Source: Amoebophrya sp. A120 (Eukaryota > Protista > Dinoflagellata). From it: a stretch of 64,000 nt of DNA. Each line of letters starts with the position of its first letter. Position 1 is the first letter of the stretch. This document shows positions 46,718 through 57,836 of this stretch, in pieces. The stretch covers positions 1,116,001 through 1,180,000 of the forward strand of contig CAJINV010000020.1 of assembly GCA_905178155.1 (NCBI GenBank), in the 5' to 3' direction. The notes beneath the pieces are model-generated. The model had not been told where the DNA came from. It made no database searches and saw only the letters and a program-made list of their open reading frames with translations. The translations under genes were made by a program, and so were the position numbers.

Positions 46718-49537
46718 TCATCCGACGTCCTCCTTCAGGTAAACATTGCAGCGGCGGTTTTTCCAACTCTCGCCAAAAACGTGCGAGATGCGGTTTTTCG
46801 TGCCTCGGCCAAAACACTGCACCTTCAACTTCACAAGCGGAGAAGCAGATGTTTTGCAGCTCGGATGAGAAGTAATGTGGTCGTGTTTCACCTTATTCAC
46901 GTTTGTTCCCCTTTGTTCGTCTTCATTTTCATCCTCCTCGAAGAATTCTTCTAGCTTAACTTCCGAGTGTCGCAAATCATATCGATCGTCTTCGATAGCG
47001 CTCTGTTTGCGTTTGCCTGCGCTGTGATTTCTCCTGCGAGGACTCCTCGGAGATTTTGTTTTTGGTTCGCTGCTGGACTTCTTGGCCGAGGGTCCACGAG
47101 GATCGACTTTCGTTTGCTCTAGTAGCCCACAAACGCGATCGCGCAATGTTTCCAGCAGTTTCGGATCTTCGCCTGCTATCGCGGTTTCGACTTTCCTGAC
47201 CGCCACCCGCAGAAAGCTCGCGACGAACACCGCCCGATCCCAGGAGAGACTGGTTTGCAACTCTTCGGAAGAAATGCCCTCGTCCGCGTGGCCTTCCACT
47301 ATCAACGTCCAGGTTGGCGTCGCCTCCGAACTGGAAGACGGCGGACAAAGAGGATGTAAATTTCGACCATTAATATTATGTTTTGCGTTTGTAGTCCCCG
47401 CCTTGGGCACTGACTCATGACCTTCTTGCTCTTCTTGCATTTTTCTCATCTTCTGCAAAATGCAGTCGCAGACACCAATCGCCAGCAACATAACCGGCAA
47501 GTCCGTGCTGGTTTTCGCGTCTTCGGGGTCGAAATAGACGGGGGGGAGGAACTCCTGATAGATATCGAGGCTGACGGCTTTAGGGAGCTGTAGTTCGTCG
47601 TCTTGCTGCAACGGGTCTCGTGGGGCTGGTACACACGACCTGTTATTATTGTTTCCTATCACTGGCGCCGATAGTTTTACACCAACATCTTGGTCAACAT
47701 CTTTCTTGTCGACGACGTAGCGAAATCTGGACTCATGGAGCTTTGGGAACTTGTGCAGAAGTCTGCGAGTGAAAACCCGAAGGAGCTGCGTTTGCAACTC
47801 GGCATCTGGAGGTTCGGCTACTGGTGCACTAGTAGATGAATCATGTGGAGTTGTTAATAACGTGGTGGACTCATGATCGTCGGTCTTTCCAGAACGGCCA
47901 CCCTCGTTCACAAGACCAATCCAGATTGCAGGGGGGAGTTCTTGTGGTTGTTGTACAGTAGTAGCTATACCACCACAAGCTTCCTGCAACAGAGGCGCAC
48001 AAGCGGCTTCCAAGGTCGTGTCGTCACAGGGGTCCCCCTCTGGCCTGTTTGACGCTTCCACGCTTTCTTGTTGGCGTCGAGCAGGATCTACTAAAAATAC
48101 AGTGTCAGCTTTACTTTCGTTCATCTGCTCTTCCCGGAGCAGACTCTCGGCGCTCAACATCGCATCAGCGGGAAGAGTCACGCGGACCCGAGCCGCTTCA
48201 GCTAGTCGAATCACCGATGTGTTCTTGTCGAGGTAGTGTTTGATCGAACCAGCTTGGATCTTGTTTCGGTGCAGCAGCCCGGATTCTTCAGCGTGGTGCT
48301 CACCCCCGACGTAGAAATGCTTTGAAGAAGAAGAAGACCCTGTTGCTGTCGCTTCGATTGATGTAGTTCCACGCAACTCCCCATCAGATGATGAAACGGC
48401 GCCCATTATGAGTCCTTTTTTCTTGCTCAAGTTCTCCTTTTCCGCTCGCTGCTGGGCCTCGCGAAGCTTTGACAAGAAAACCGAAGCGAATTTCTGTTGT
48501 ACTGGATGTTGCGGTCCGCGTGTGGTAGAAAACTCTGATTTCTGCCGCAAGAATGGCGCAGCTACCGGCTCAGCAGATGCTGGTTTTGGAATGCTCGTGG
48601 AGGTGTCCGGACCGACTTGTTCACCAGCAGGATTTGATGCAGGAAATTGATCCACTTTCTTCCAGCGTTTCTCTGATTCTTCCGGCAAATCCCTCGTTCG
48701 CCGCGACATGACTTTGTCAATCCGGCAGGCCAACCTTGCCGCTGCTTTTGCCTCCTGTTCTCGTTTCTGCAATTCGAAAAGCTTGAGCAGAACCCGCGAA
48801 CGGGCTTCCTCTGCGGTGACAGCAATTGCCTCCGCATGTTCCAGGTTTTTTTGTTTTTCCGCCTCCTCCAGCGCAAACTTCGCGATCTGTTCCCGCACCC
48901 TCGGTAAGCTGTGGCGCAGCAGCTTCCGAAGCTCGACAACGGCTTTCGCCCAGTCCGCCAACCAGGTGACTTCGCAGATGAGCTGTGACTTCGCTGGATC
49001 TTGTTGTTGGGGCGGAAGTAGAACAACTGGTGAATCAGAAATTTGGTCGGCGTTAGCGTTTCTAATGACGTCTCCTGCTCCTGCAGTTTTTGAGTTCCTT
49101 TTCCTCGGTGAAGACGAGTAGCTGGTCGTCCTGGTGCACAACTGAAGATGTTCTTCTACTTGCAGCTGCTTCCTCGGTGAAAAATTCCCCGCACCAGCAG
49201 CGAATTCATCGTCGGCCGCACAATCCTTCACCAGGTCATTTGTGGTTTTGTCCAAGATCTTTGCGAACAGTTCTTCAGGGTTTTTCGCCAACAAGCGTTG
49301 CACTTTCTCCCACCGCTGCCTGGATAAGTTCTTTGCAGCTGCAGAAACGGACGACGACGAAGAAGTCCTCTGTGTTGGAAAACTAGAATTAGCTGGAGAA
49401 AAAAAAGATGTCAACGCCAGCGCGTCCTCGATCGTTTTCTTCACCGATGGCGCCGGCGCACGCTTCGTTCCGAGGGAGCGCAACAACGCTATGGGATTCT
49501 CAAGCGTTCCACTCTCAGCCGTTACATGACTTGCCAT
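46718..49537 (-). CDS. Protein with dynein-stalk/MTBD-like N-terminal region and OmpA-like C-terminal domain
   Basis: 939-aa ORF. PPVYFDP...LIVEGHAD...LSWDRAVFVASFL...CFGRG...KNRRCNV follows the OmpA-C pattern. LRSL...APAPSVKKTIEDAL...WEKVQRLL...LADWAKAV resembles a dynein stalk. The 5' end probably has further exons. Confidence 0.6.
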   Translation of the reverse strand: MASHVTAESGTLENPIALLRSLGTKRAPAPSVKKTIEDALALTSFFSPANSSFPTQRTSSSSSVSAAAKNLSRQRWEKVQRLLAKNPEELFAKILDKTTNDLVKDCAADDEFAAGAGNFSPRKQLQVEEHLQLCTRTTSYSSSPRKRNSKTAGAGDVIRNANADQISDSPVVLLPPQQQDPAKSQLICEVTWLADWAKAVVELRKLLRHSLPRVREQIAKFALEEAEKQKNLEHAEAIAVTAEEARSRVLLKLFELQKREQEAKAAARLACRIDKVMSRRTRDLPEESEKRWKKVDQFPASNPAGEQVGPDTSTSIPKPASAEPVAAPFLRQKSEFSTTRGPQHPVQQKFASVFLSKLREAQQRAEKENLSKKKGLIMGAVSSSDGELRGTTSIEATATGSSSSSKHFYVGGEHHAEESGLLHRNKIQAGSIKHYLDKNTSVIRLAEAARVRVTLPADAMLSAESLLREEQMNESKADTVFLVDPARRQQESVEASNRPEGDPCDDTTLEAACAPLLQEACGGIATTVQQPQELPPAIWIGLVNEGGRSGKTDDHESTTLLTTPHDSSTSAPVAEPPDAELQTQLLRVFTRRLLHKFPKLHESRFRYVVDKKDVDQDVGVKLSAPVIGNNNNRSCVPAPRDPLQQDDELQLPKAVSLDIYQEFLPPVYFDPEDAKTSTDLPVMLLAIGVCDCILQKMRKMQEEQEGHESVPKAGTTNAKHNINGRNLHPLCPPSSSSEATPTWTLIVEGHADEGISSEELQTSLSWDRAVFVASFLRVAVRKVETAIAGEDPKLLETLRDRVCGLLEQTKVDPRGPSAKKSSSEPKTKSPRSPRRRNHSAGKRKQSAIEDDRYDLRHSEVKLEEFFEEDENEDEQRGTNVNKVKHDHITSHPSCKTSASPLVKLKVQCFGRGTKNRISHVFGESWKNRRCNVYLKEDVG

Positions 49538-51195
49538 GCAAAATGACCATGAGCCGCAAGACGATCAAGCTGCTTCGCATGACAAATTATCAAAGGGCTA
49601 AACAGCATCTAAATCCGTGCCAATTTTTTTTTTTTTTTTATATACATAGGCACAAACATAAAACTGCAATGCATCTAATGACAACTTCAGATCGGAAATG
49701 GCGTTGATCCAGGCTCGTCGTCATCATCTCATCGCGGTTCCAATTCGTGTTCTGTAGGGTGCGGTCAGACCCCTTCTTCCGGCTTCTCGCATTGCGAATC
49801 CACCGAGCTCCGGACTGCTGTTCCCTCCTCCTCGCGACAATGCTACGGTTGCTCACATCGGTCTGTACGCAGCTAGTCACACCACCGGGTTGCCTCCACC
49901 CCAGCTGAGCGTGGGAGTCGACAACCGTGGTAATGTAACGCGGAGGCTGCAGCACACTTCCATTTTCGGTGGCGTTTCTGTGCCTTTTCCTAGTGATCAC
50001 TGTTCCGCCCCCTCACACCTCTAGCTACCCTAAAGGTCGGGAAACTTTGAGTCCCATACTGGTGGGTTTTGAAGATTGTCTTTCAGGGAGGTAAGAGGAG
50101 CATCAAGGATGCTGGGCCGGCTACAGGTCGCTCTTTTTGGAAGTAATGCAAAAGAGGGAAGGCAGAGTATGGAGATAGCACGCGACAAACTATATACTTA
50201 TTATTAGGCTGGGCTTTTATTTTTTTGTACACCAAATATTATTTCTCATACCTTCCGCGACTACCTTAGTACCCAGCTGCCGTTTTCGTTCTCTCGTTTC
50301 CAATTTTGTATTCACCGTTTTTGCGTTTTCCCTCTGGCATTTTTTCACTCATCGCAACTGCAACTTTTCCCCTCCCTTTTTTCCTTCTGAACACGTCGCT
50401 TGTAATGCACGTTTTCAGCTTCTCATATTTCAATTGGCACTGCCGTTTTGCTCTTGTGCCACGGACTGCATTTGCATTACAATCTCTTTTATTCATCAAT
50501 TATCATTTCACATAAATAATCTTACATCTCCAATAAAGCATGACAGTTTCGTTCAAAATTGTACAGCGTGTTAACTTTTCGCATTTTTTGCTTCCGTCTC
50601 TCAAAAGGAGCCAAAGCTTCGACTTAGTTTTCATTTCCATATCATAAACGAGCTCCCGGTGGGTTCACGTAGGACCTTCGGCGTTGCTTGTCCGTGTTCA
50701 AGCGTTGACTTTAACTGCTCGGCTCAGTTTAGTCATGGGATTTGCATGTCCGTGCTCATGCTCCCTGTGCGTACTACTCCCCTAGCTCGCCCGGTGTTCG
50801 CATGCATTTATGATATGGAGCAGGAATTATGCTTCTGCTTCTCATGCCCCATTTTGTACAGAAAAAATGGCCGTCCCTCGTGCTCTTTTGATATAAAATT
50901 TTTTTAGAATTCACCAGCTCATTGTATTTTTTGTCTTGCTGAAGTAATGTCTACATCAAAAATTATTTATATGACAAAGTAAAAGTCGACTTGCGGCGTC
51001 GATTTAGCTGCGAACTTCAAACGCACACGCTTTCATTTTAGAACTAGAGCGGGGATTCTTTTGGCCTGAAGGCTTGTCTGTAGTCCTCCGTGCCTGAAGG
51101 TTGTTCTGAGTCTGAAATCCGTGCCAAATTTGTGATGCAAGACTTGCAAGCTCTCCCCTTTATTCCCTATTGCTGTTTTTGCATGACAAGTTTAT

Positions 51196-51450
51196 TCATG
51201 TAACAGTTGAGAATGTAACAGTTGAGAACGCCATAAACGCGACGCGATGCCGCCCATCCCCCAGGGCTTCGCGGAGCCGGCTTCGCCACTGGCTCGCAGC
51301 GCGGAGGAGATCCTGGGCCTCCGCGCGGTGGAGAGCGAGCTGGTGGAGTATGCTGCGGTATGTTGTCCAGCTGGAGTGCAAGGCTTCCTGCGCCCTCGCA
51401 CAGTCCGCGTCAGCCTTCGAAAGGGCGACGTCCGGGAGGGCTTGTTGATG
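51196..51450 (-). CDS. Possible upstream coiled-coil exon of the 46.7-49.5 kb gene
   Basis: GC-rich helical ORF segment (ALPDVALSKADADCARAQEAL...) flanked by decayed introner-like motifs; junctions not resolved. Confidence 0.3.
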   Translation of the reverse strand, partial: HQQALPDVALSKADADCARAQEALHSSWTTYRSILHQLALHRAEAQDLLRAASQWRSRLREALGDGRHRVAFMAFSTVTFSTVT

Positions 51451-52085
51451 TTGTGCGGCTGTCATATTAGTGGTCAAAGATCGATGCATGTGAAGTGGCT
51501 CGTGGTCGTGCTGCTCTATGGTAGAATTATGCATGTAAGGTCTGCCACCAAAAAAAAAAGAAAACTGCCGACTCGTCAACTGCGGTCTTTGAGAAGAGCA
51601 GGAGCAAGCTCCGGTGCGTTTTTACACTAGGACTGTCAGTGTAGTTTGAGATTTCGCCTAGCTCCTGTTAGGATTACCCATGCAGAAGCTGCTTTGCGAT
51701 TGCATCCATTTCTAGTTTCAATTGACATTTGTATTCCTTTGCCGACCCACCGACTTCAGCCTTGTAAGTACGTTCCTTTTCCTAGGTTCTGACGTTGTAG
51801 CACTTTGACATTGGGCAGCTTTGATGCCCACGCCGACGACCCAATTCCAAATATAAGGAAACGCTGGTACTAGAAGCTCCGTGCCACTTGCACTTCTCAG
51901 AACTACGGAGCAGAAAGATGTCATCTACATGCACCATTAACTGCTGCTCCAGCGAGCACAGACGACAACGAAACGCAAAATCTATTGTTTGAGGTACCTT
52001 CCGCTTCCTCCTCTTTCCGCCCTTGAATAAAGATGAAGTCGCCCGCCCCGACACCAGCACACGCTTATTTGGTTTCCTTCGTTCT

Positions 52086-53504
52086 TCACTGTGTCTTCGA
52101 TTTTTGTCCCGTTTGTTTCGCTTTGATCTCTTTTTCCTTTTCCAATTTCATTTTCTTCCACTCCTCCTCCCGCATGTGGTCCCGTTCGATGAGTGGCCGG
52201 TCTCCCCGCAATACGCCGATGTTCAGGAACAAAAAGGAGAACAACGCAACCGCATAGCAGTACACCAGCGCAAGGTCGCTCAAAACCGGCGCTGGGGAGA
52301 AGTCGTTCCTTCGCGCCGTTTCCAGGGCGATCGGAACGCAGAAAAAAATCGCCGTCATGGCCATAAGCAAGTGGAGGGTGGACAGAACGGAGGTTCCGGA
52401 CTCTTCCTTGTCGTATTTCAGACACACTCCGGCGAGGAAACCGTCCAGCGACGCGGTCTTGGGAAGGGACAACAAGCAGAGTGTGGATAAGAGATAGGCG
52501 ACATAAAGCACGGTCGTTTTCGAGCGGTCGGTAGGAGTGGCGCTGGGCTGGAAGACGTGGATGTTGCGGAAAAAAGAGTCCAGTTTCAGAAATAACGCTT
52601 CCGATGAATTGTTGAGCCACTTGCTCTTATCTGCGCCAGAGGAGTCGAATGCTGGAAGCTGTTGTTTTACAGAAGCAGCAAAAGCCGCCACGGCCGGAAG
52701 GGAAAGTAGAACTGCAAATAGCCATTCCTCGAGGTTCACGGACGTCTGCGTTTGGTGTGACCGGGGGAAGGTTTCAACATCCCGTTTTGATGTTCTTCCA
52801 TTTCCAATGATGATCGAAATACGCCGCACACATCCGCCGACACACAGCACGAAAAACATGAGCGTCGGAATATCAAAGCCCCACAACTCCCCTACTGCGC
52901 CTTCCGTCCGGCCGGCGACTGGTCTAGCGTAGGGGTTGGCTTCAGCGTCGAAGATCATTCTTGGAGTCTGGTCCTCGCCGGCCCGATCATCCTCAAGAAA
53001 CGGTATGTAATTCCGCACGCACAAGACCCACCACAGTTGCACCTCGAGAAAAAACTGCAGGAGCAAATGAGCTGCACTGATGGTAGACAGAAACAGACTC
53101 CTCGTAGTTGCCCAAGCAGGTCGAGCGTTCCTCCAGCGCGCCGCCGTTCCGATCGGTAGGTCGTGTTCCCTTTTGTATTCCTCGTCTGCAAGAACGATGT
53201 ACTCGACCACTTTCAACCCGAGCACTGCACCGGCAAGCGCTGGAAACGAAACAGTAGAAGTCGGCCAAGGCCACGGATGGAACAACGGCATCGAGGAGAC
53301 AAAATCAAATGCTCTTGCTCCTCGCCCTGGAGGATCAGAAGTTTCATCTCCGACGTTGCGACTGTGCACTCGACCAGTCTCCAAGGCGTACACTGCTGCA
53401 AGCAAGAGAACGACCAGAAAGTAAGCCCACTCCATCGCGGTGGAGAGGACAGACCACACGGGGCGTGGGGTCGTGCTGGTCGTCGTGGAGAACATCTTGC
53501 TCAT
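52086..53504 (-). CDS. Multi-pass membrane protein of unknown function, apparently single exon
   Basis: 472-aa ORF with about 8 hydrophobic segments and a charged C-terminal tail. Confidence 0.7.
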   Translation of the reverse strand: MSKMFSTTTSTTPRPVWSVLSTAMEWAYFLVVLLLAAVYALETGRVHSRNVGDETSDPPGRGARAFDFVSSMPLFHPWPWPTSTVSFPALAGAVLGLKVVEYIVLADEEYKREHDLPIGTAARWRNARPAWATTRSLFLSTISAAHLLLQFFLEVQLWWVLCVRNYIPFLEDDRAGEDQTPRMIFDAEANPYARPVAGRTEGAVGELWGFDIPTLMFFVLCVGGCVRRISIIIGNGRTSKRDVETFPRSHQTQTSVNLEEWLFAVLLSLPAVAAFAASVKQQLPAFDSSGADKSKWLNNSSEALFLKLDSFFRNIHVFQPSATPTDRSKTTVLYVAYLLSTLCLLSLPKTASLDGFLAGVCLKYDKEESGTSVLSTLHLLMAMTAIFFCVPIALETARRNDFSPAPVLSDLALVYCYAVALFSFLFLNIGVLRGDRPLIERDHMREEEWKKMKLEKEKEIKAKQTGQKSKTQ

Positions 53505-54221
53505 GGTGGATGATACTTCTGAGAACTACGAAGAACTTGACTTCAAGATCGCTTTTACTTCTATTTTCTACGCCACGACATATCAATCCGAATCTCTCTT
53601 CTATCGTCAGGCAGTAGCACGACGAGTGGGAGTGCTATAAAATTCTGGATCATTGCATCTTAAGACACAGGCCGCCCGCGGCCATGGCATGCATCTCGGT
53701 CATTAGGCGCGTCTCACCTGACCGGCCAAGAACAGCTGGGGGCACTTCGTGGTCTTCAACACTCACACTGAAAATTTAAAAGAAAAAGTGCGATGAACTG
53801 GAGGGCATCATCGAGACTGATTTCTACTTCTTTTCGATTTCTACAATTGTATTTAGAGTGTTTAGTGAGAGGATTCCTCTTCCTTCATCAATTTTCCCTT
53901 CGTTCGCAAACTTGGTTCCTTTCTCAACTAGTACAAGCAAGGGTCTTGCTACAATCTGAATTTTGCATCGACTGGGAGGCGATCGTACAAACATACAAGG
54001 CAAACACGGAGGGGCACTTCTACCTTTTACTTTGCTACAAAGCATCAACATCGATCTTCATCACTATCAAGACGCTACAAAACTACAACAAAACTACAAA
54101 TTGTACAAGAAACGAACGTATAAACTTTTTTTTTTGCAACCTTTACCTTATTACGAGATGACTTCTAATACTCCCACAAGCACGTCGGTCCCGCGCGGAA
54201 TCTTCACTCAGCCGCCTTGCA

Positions 54222-56953
54222 TCAGGGTCCACCAGCAGGTCCCGTGTTGAAATCGTCACTCGACGCGTCGTCCACTGGACTTCCCCCGCCAGACGGAAAT
54301 TTCATCTGCTCTGGCGCGTTCGCGATGATGGTTTCCGCAGTTTCGTTTGCTGATGTTTATTTGCGCGTGGAATTTATACAAGGACGTAGACGAGCGCACT
54401 GCGGCATTGGTAGTCGTAGAAGTTGTGCGTGCGAGGAATACCAAATAGGTGGAGTAGGGTTGCTATTGCAGCTTTGTTATCGTTTACGATGAAAAATAAC
54501 AATTATAAGCTACGTTGACCAAAAGATTATGTTTTATGCATGCAGCAATAGCAAATACATCGCAATCTTGAGCAGCACCACGTGAAAAAGATCAGGAAGA
54601 GGACGCCCAGCGTGCCGGCGGCCAGGTAGACGTACTGCTTTTTCACTTGGAACTGCCCGATCTGCATCGTCTCATTCAGGCCGAAGGGAAGTGAAATGAA
54701 GGGCTGCTCCGTGGGTCGGTCACCTGGAGTTGTGTTTTTTTTTTGTCGTGTAGTTATTTCTAGGTGTCGATCATGGTCGTGTAGCTGTCTACATGAGCAG
54801 GAGGGGAAATCAATTTCATTTCGATGTCAGTGATCAGTGTGCTCATCTTGTGGTGTTGATCTTGCTACGCACTCAAAGTATCGTCCAAATACGACTTTAT
54901 GTATGATAGATAGTAGTTGAAAAGAGCCTGTCACGGTTAAGTATACCACCCGCCGCACCTGCCCCGTCCGCCGGCGGCACCGGCGCCGCGGCATCACTCT
55001 GCGTGTCTGAAAGCTCCCAAAAATTTGCCGAAAATCTACCAAAACCCGAAGGAAAGGCTCAAGGAAAGGGACAAGGGGAAGGGGCCGCTATTTGGCAGGC
55101 CATACAGCTACGTACAGGCGCACCGGCCGGGAAGGCCTCGCGGCCCGCCAGGAAGCCGCCGGCTTGCACTCAGACACGGCGGGGCGCTTCATTTTCCCCG
55201 GTTGGGGGCCCCTCCCAACCGCAAAAAATCGAGCATCCCGCCGTGTCTGAGGACGGGCCGGCGGCTTCCCGACGGGCCGTCGAGGCCTTCCCGTGGCGCC
55301 TGTTGCTGTTCTTTTTTCGCCCTTCCCATCGCATTTTCTGTGGCCTTCAGGCCGGTCCATTCCCCCGCCCCTCTTCCGACCTGATTCAACATCTCGCGGC
55401 ATTGGGGCAGACAAGGGCGGAGGGGTCCTCGTTTGGCCCTCTACTAGCTATACCCCACACAGAGGGCCGCAATGCTTGGTCCGACATTCGCACGACTTCC
55501 CCTCGGCACCGCTACGGAGCCAGCCTGCGCGTCTGTCAAAAAGCGGCGCGTCTGCTTTGAGGGTGCCTGTCGCAAAATAGTCCTCGCCATAGTCGCTAAG
55601 CAGCACGCCGGTGGCCGAACAGCCCAGATGAAGGCATGCGCGCACAGCCGCGCATAGACATTCGCGCTGCTCCCGCTGGTGCCACCGAAGGCCGCCAATT
55701 GGCACACGGAACGAGGGCGCGCGCGTCAGGGTAGAAGGGGCACAACCTGAAAAGGCCGGGGCGCTCTTGGGCCGCCCTTTCGTGCTTTTCTGCCCCGTTA
55801 GTTGCCGTTTTGTTTTCATTTGGTCGGCGTTTAGGAGCCTTTTTCTTTGCTAGGCCGATTTGTTCCTAAGACTTTATGTTCCTTGACCACGTTGAACAGA
55901 GCCTGTTAAAACAGGTATACCACCCGCCGCACCTGCCCCGTCCGCCGGCGGCACCGGCGCCGCGGCATCAGCCCCGGGCACGTCGCTCACCGCGGTTGCG
56001 GGTCCCATCACCGCAACACCGACAACACGGGTGCTGGCCACATCGCCCATCGGGGATGGACTTGTTCCTGAGGTTCCCAGCGGTGGCGGAGGGGGAGGCA
56101 TTGGACCACCTGTAATTTATCGTGTGTGGATGTGGAACAGGTTGTTTCTCTCGCGTAGCAGCTTGGACGCCTTGCGTTCTTTTTGTAGCAACTCAATTTG
56201 ATTCGAGATCTAATTCACATGATCAAAGTACTTGAAGATCTTACCTGGCTGCTGCATCTGCCCCATTCCATTCCCACCAGCACCCCCCGCCGGCAGCGCT
56301 GCCCCCGCCATTCCCGGTGCATTGTAGTCGGTTGGCGCCGGCTGGAAATTACCCTGCGGAGATTGCTGCATGCCGCCCATCCCGCCCATCGGAGCAGCTC
56401 CTCCCGGCTGCATCTGCGGTGGCGGTGCCTGCATTGGTGGTTGCTGACCGGCTGGCATCTGCGCCTGCACGAAGGAAGCAGCTTCTTCTTGCAACTCAAG
56501 ATCCTCGGCCGCAGCTCCATCGATGTGCGAGCCCGTAGTTGTTCCCTTGTCCTGTTCGGATTGACTGGACGAGGTAGAGGACGCAGCAGTAGAACTGCTT
56601 CTGCTGCTTTCCCTCTCACTTTCTTCAACTTCACCTTCACGACCATGACCTCCCTGTTCTACAAAAGAAGAAGGGGAGGAACTTGACGCTGCCGCTCTGG
56701 GTTCCCGGCGCAGCATGCCCGGCGACCCGTCCGCACGAATACTCTGCCGCTCCGGAGGTGCCACACGTCCGTAGGTCGGTTGCAAGGGGAGCAAAAACGG
56801 GGCTGTTGTGAACGAACTGAAAGACAGCAGGGACGCAGACGCAACAGTCGTCATTCGATGATTTTTCGTCTTCTGATTTGTTGCTCGCGGCATGTTGCTG
56901 GCGGTGCTGGCACTCGAAACGCCGGAAGTGAAAATCGCTTTTACGCTTGTCAT
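54222..56953 (-). CDS. Pro/Gly/Gln-rich, possibly secreted protein; canonical introns only
   Basis: Exons 56245-56953, 55921-56109, 54947-55006 and 54222-54349 are joined by phase-1 GT-AG introns; ends ...GPAGGP*. Confidence 0.65.
54941..55970. repeat. 56-bp identical direct repeat (duplicated exon end)
   Basis: GTATACCACCCGCC...GCGGCATCA at 54941-54996 and 55915-55970. Confidence 0.9.
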
Positions 56954-57836
56954 CACTTGTTTTTTACACGCGAGAAGCGGTCGCGTACAACAACCGCACG
57001 ATTTTTGATGTGAAAAAATTATCGATTATCTTCGTGGACACACAAGTACACGCTGTGGTGCTCTGGCGCTACCACTTGTCCTAGTGTTTTTTTCTTGTGG
57101 CTGCAGCTGCAGGTGCACTGGTTGATTCGCGAAACACAATCTTCGCATCCGCATGTATAGTATGCATGCCTTGTCTGTACTATACACACCAACGCGGTCG
57201 CGTTTTCGAATCCTCCGCTCTTCTCACTCTCACTACTTCAACACGATAAGAAGACAAGAAAGAGAAACAAATTACAGTTGCCCCACTGCAAAATATTGAA
57301 ACTCGCGACTCACAATGTCATCTCATTCTAAGAAAGTATCAATCTACGAGCACGCACTCCATGATGATGATCTGCACGAACTCATCCACCTCTCAAAAGC
57401 AGAATCACTAGAGCGACGAGTGGACGAATGTCGTATCTTTGCCCGACGGCACGGTGTTGAAGAAACAGACTAACTGCAAGCGTCACGGTGCGTCGCGGCG
57501 TATCAAGTTTGGTCATTTTTTTCACGGGAGAAAAGATTGCTCAATATCTTCGTGATCAAATGTTACAGTGGGACTACACGCCAGGGGAGTTGTAGGTAGT
57601 CTAGTACAAATTCAAATAGTTCTTTTCAATCATACAAGTGAGTTTAGATGTTGAAGCCCAACAAGCTTCTGCTCCAGTTCAACGTTACAAGATGGCGCCA
57701 AATTCAAAAGTTTTGTTATCTAGCGCATCGCCTATATTCTTCGACTTCAGCTGATCCTACACATATTAGTATTATAGTCACTAGCAAGACAAGTGTAATA
57801 ACATCAAGAAGGAGTAGTTCTTCATGATCATGACGA

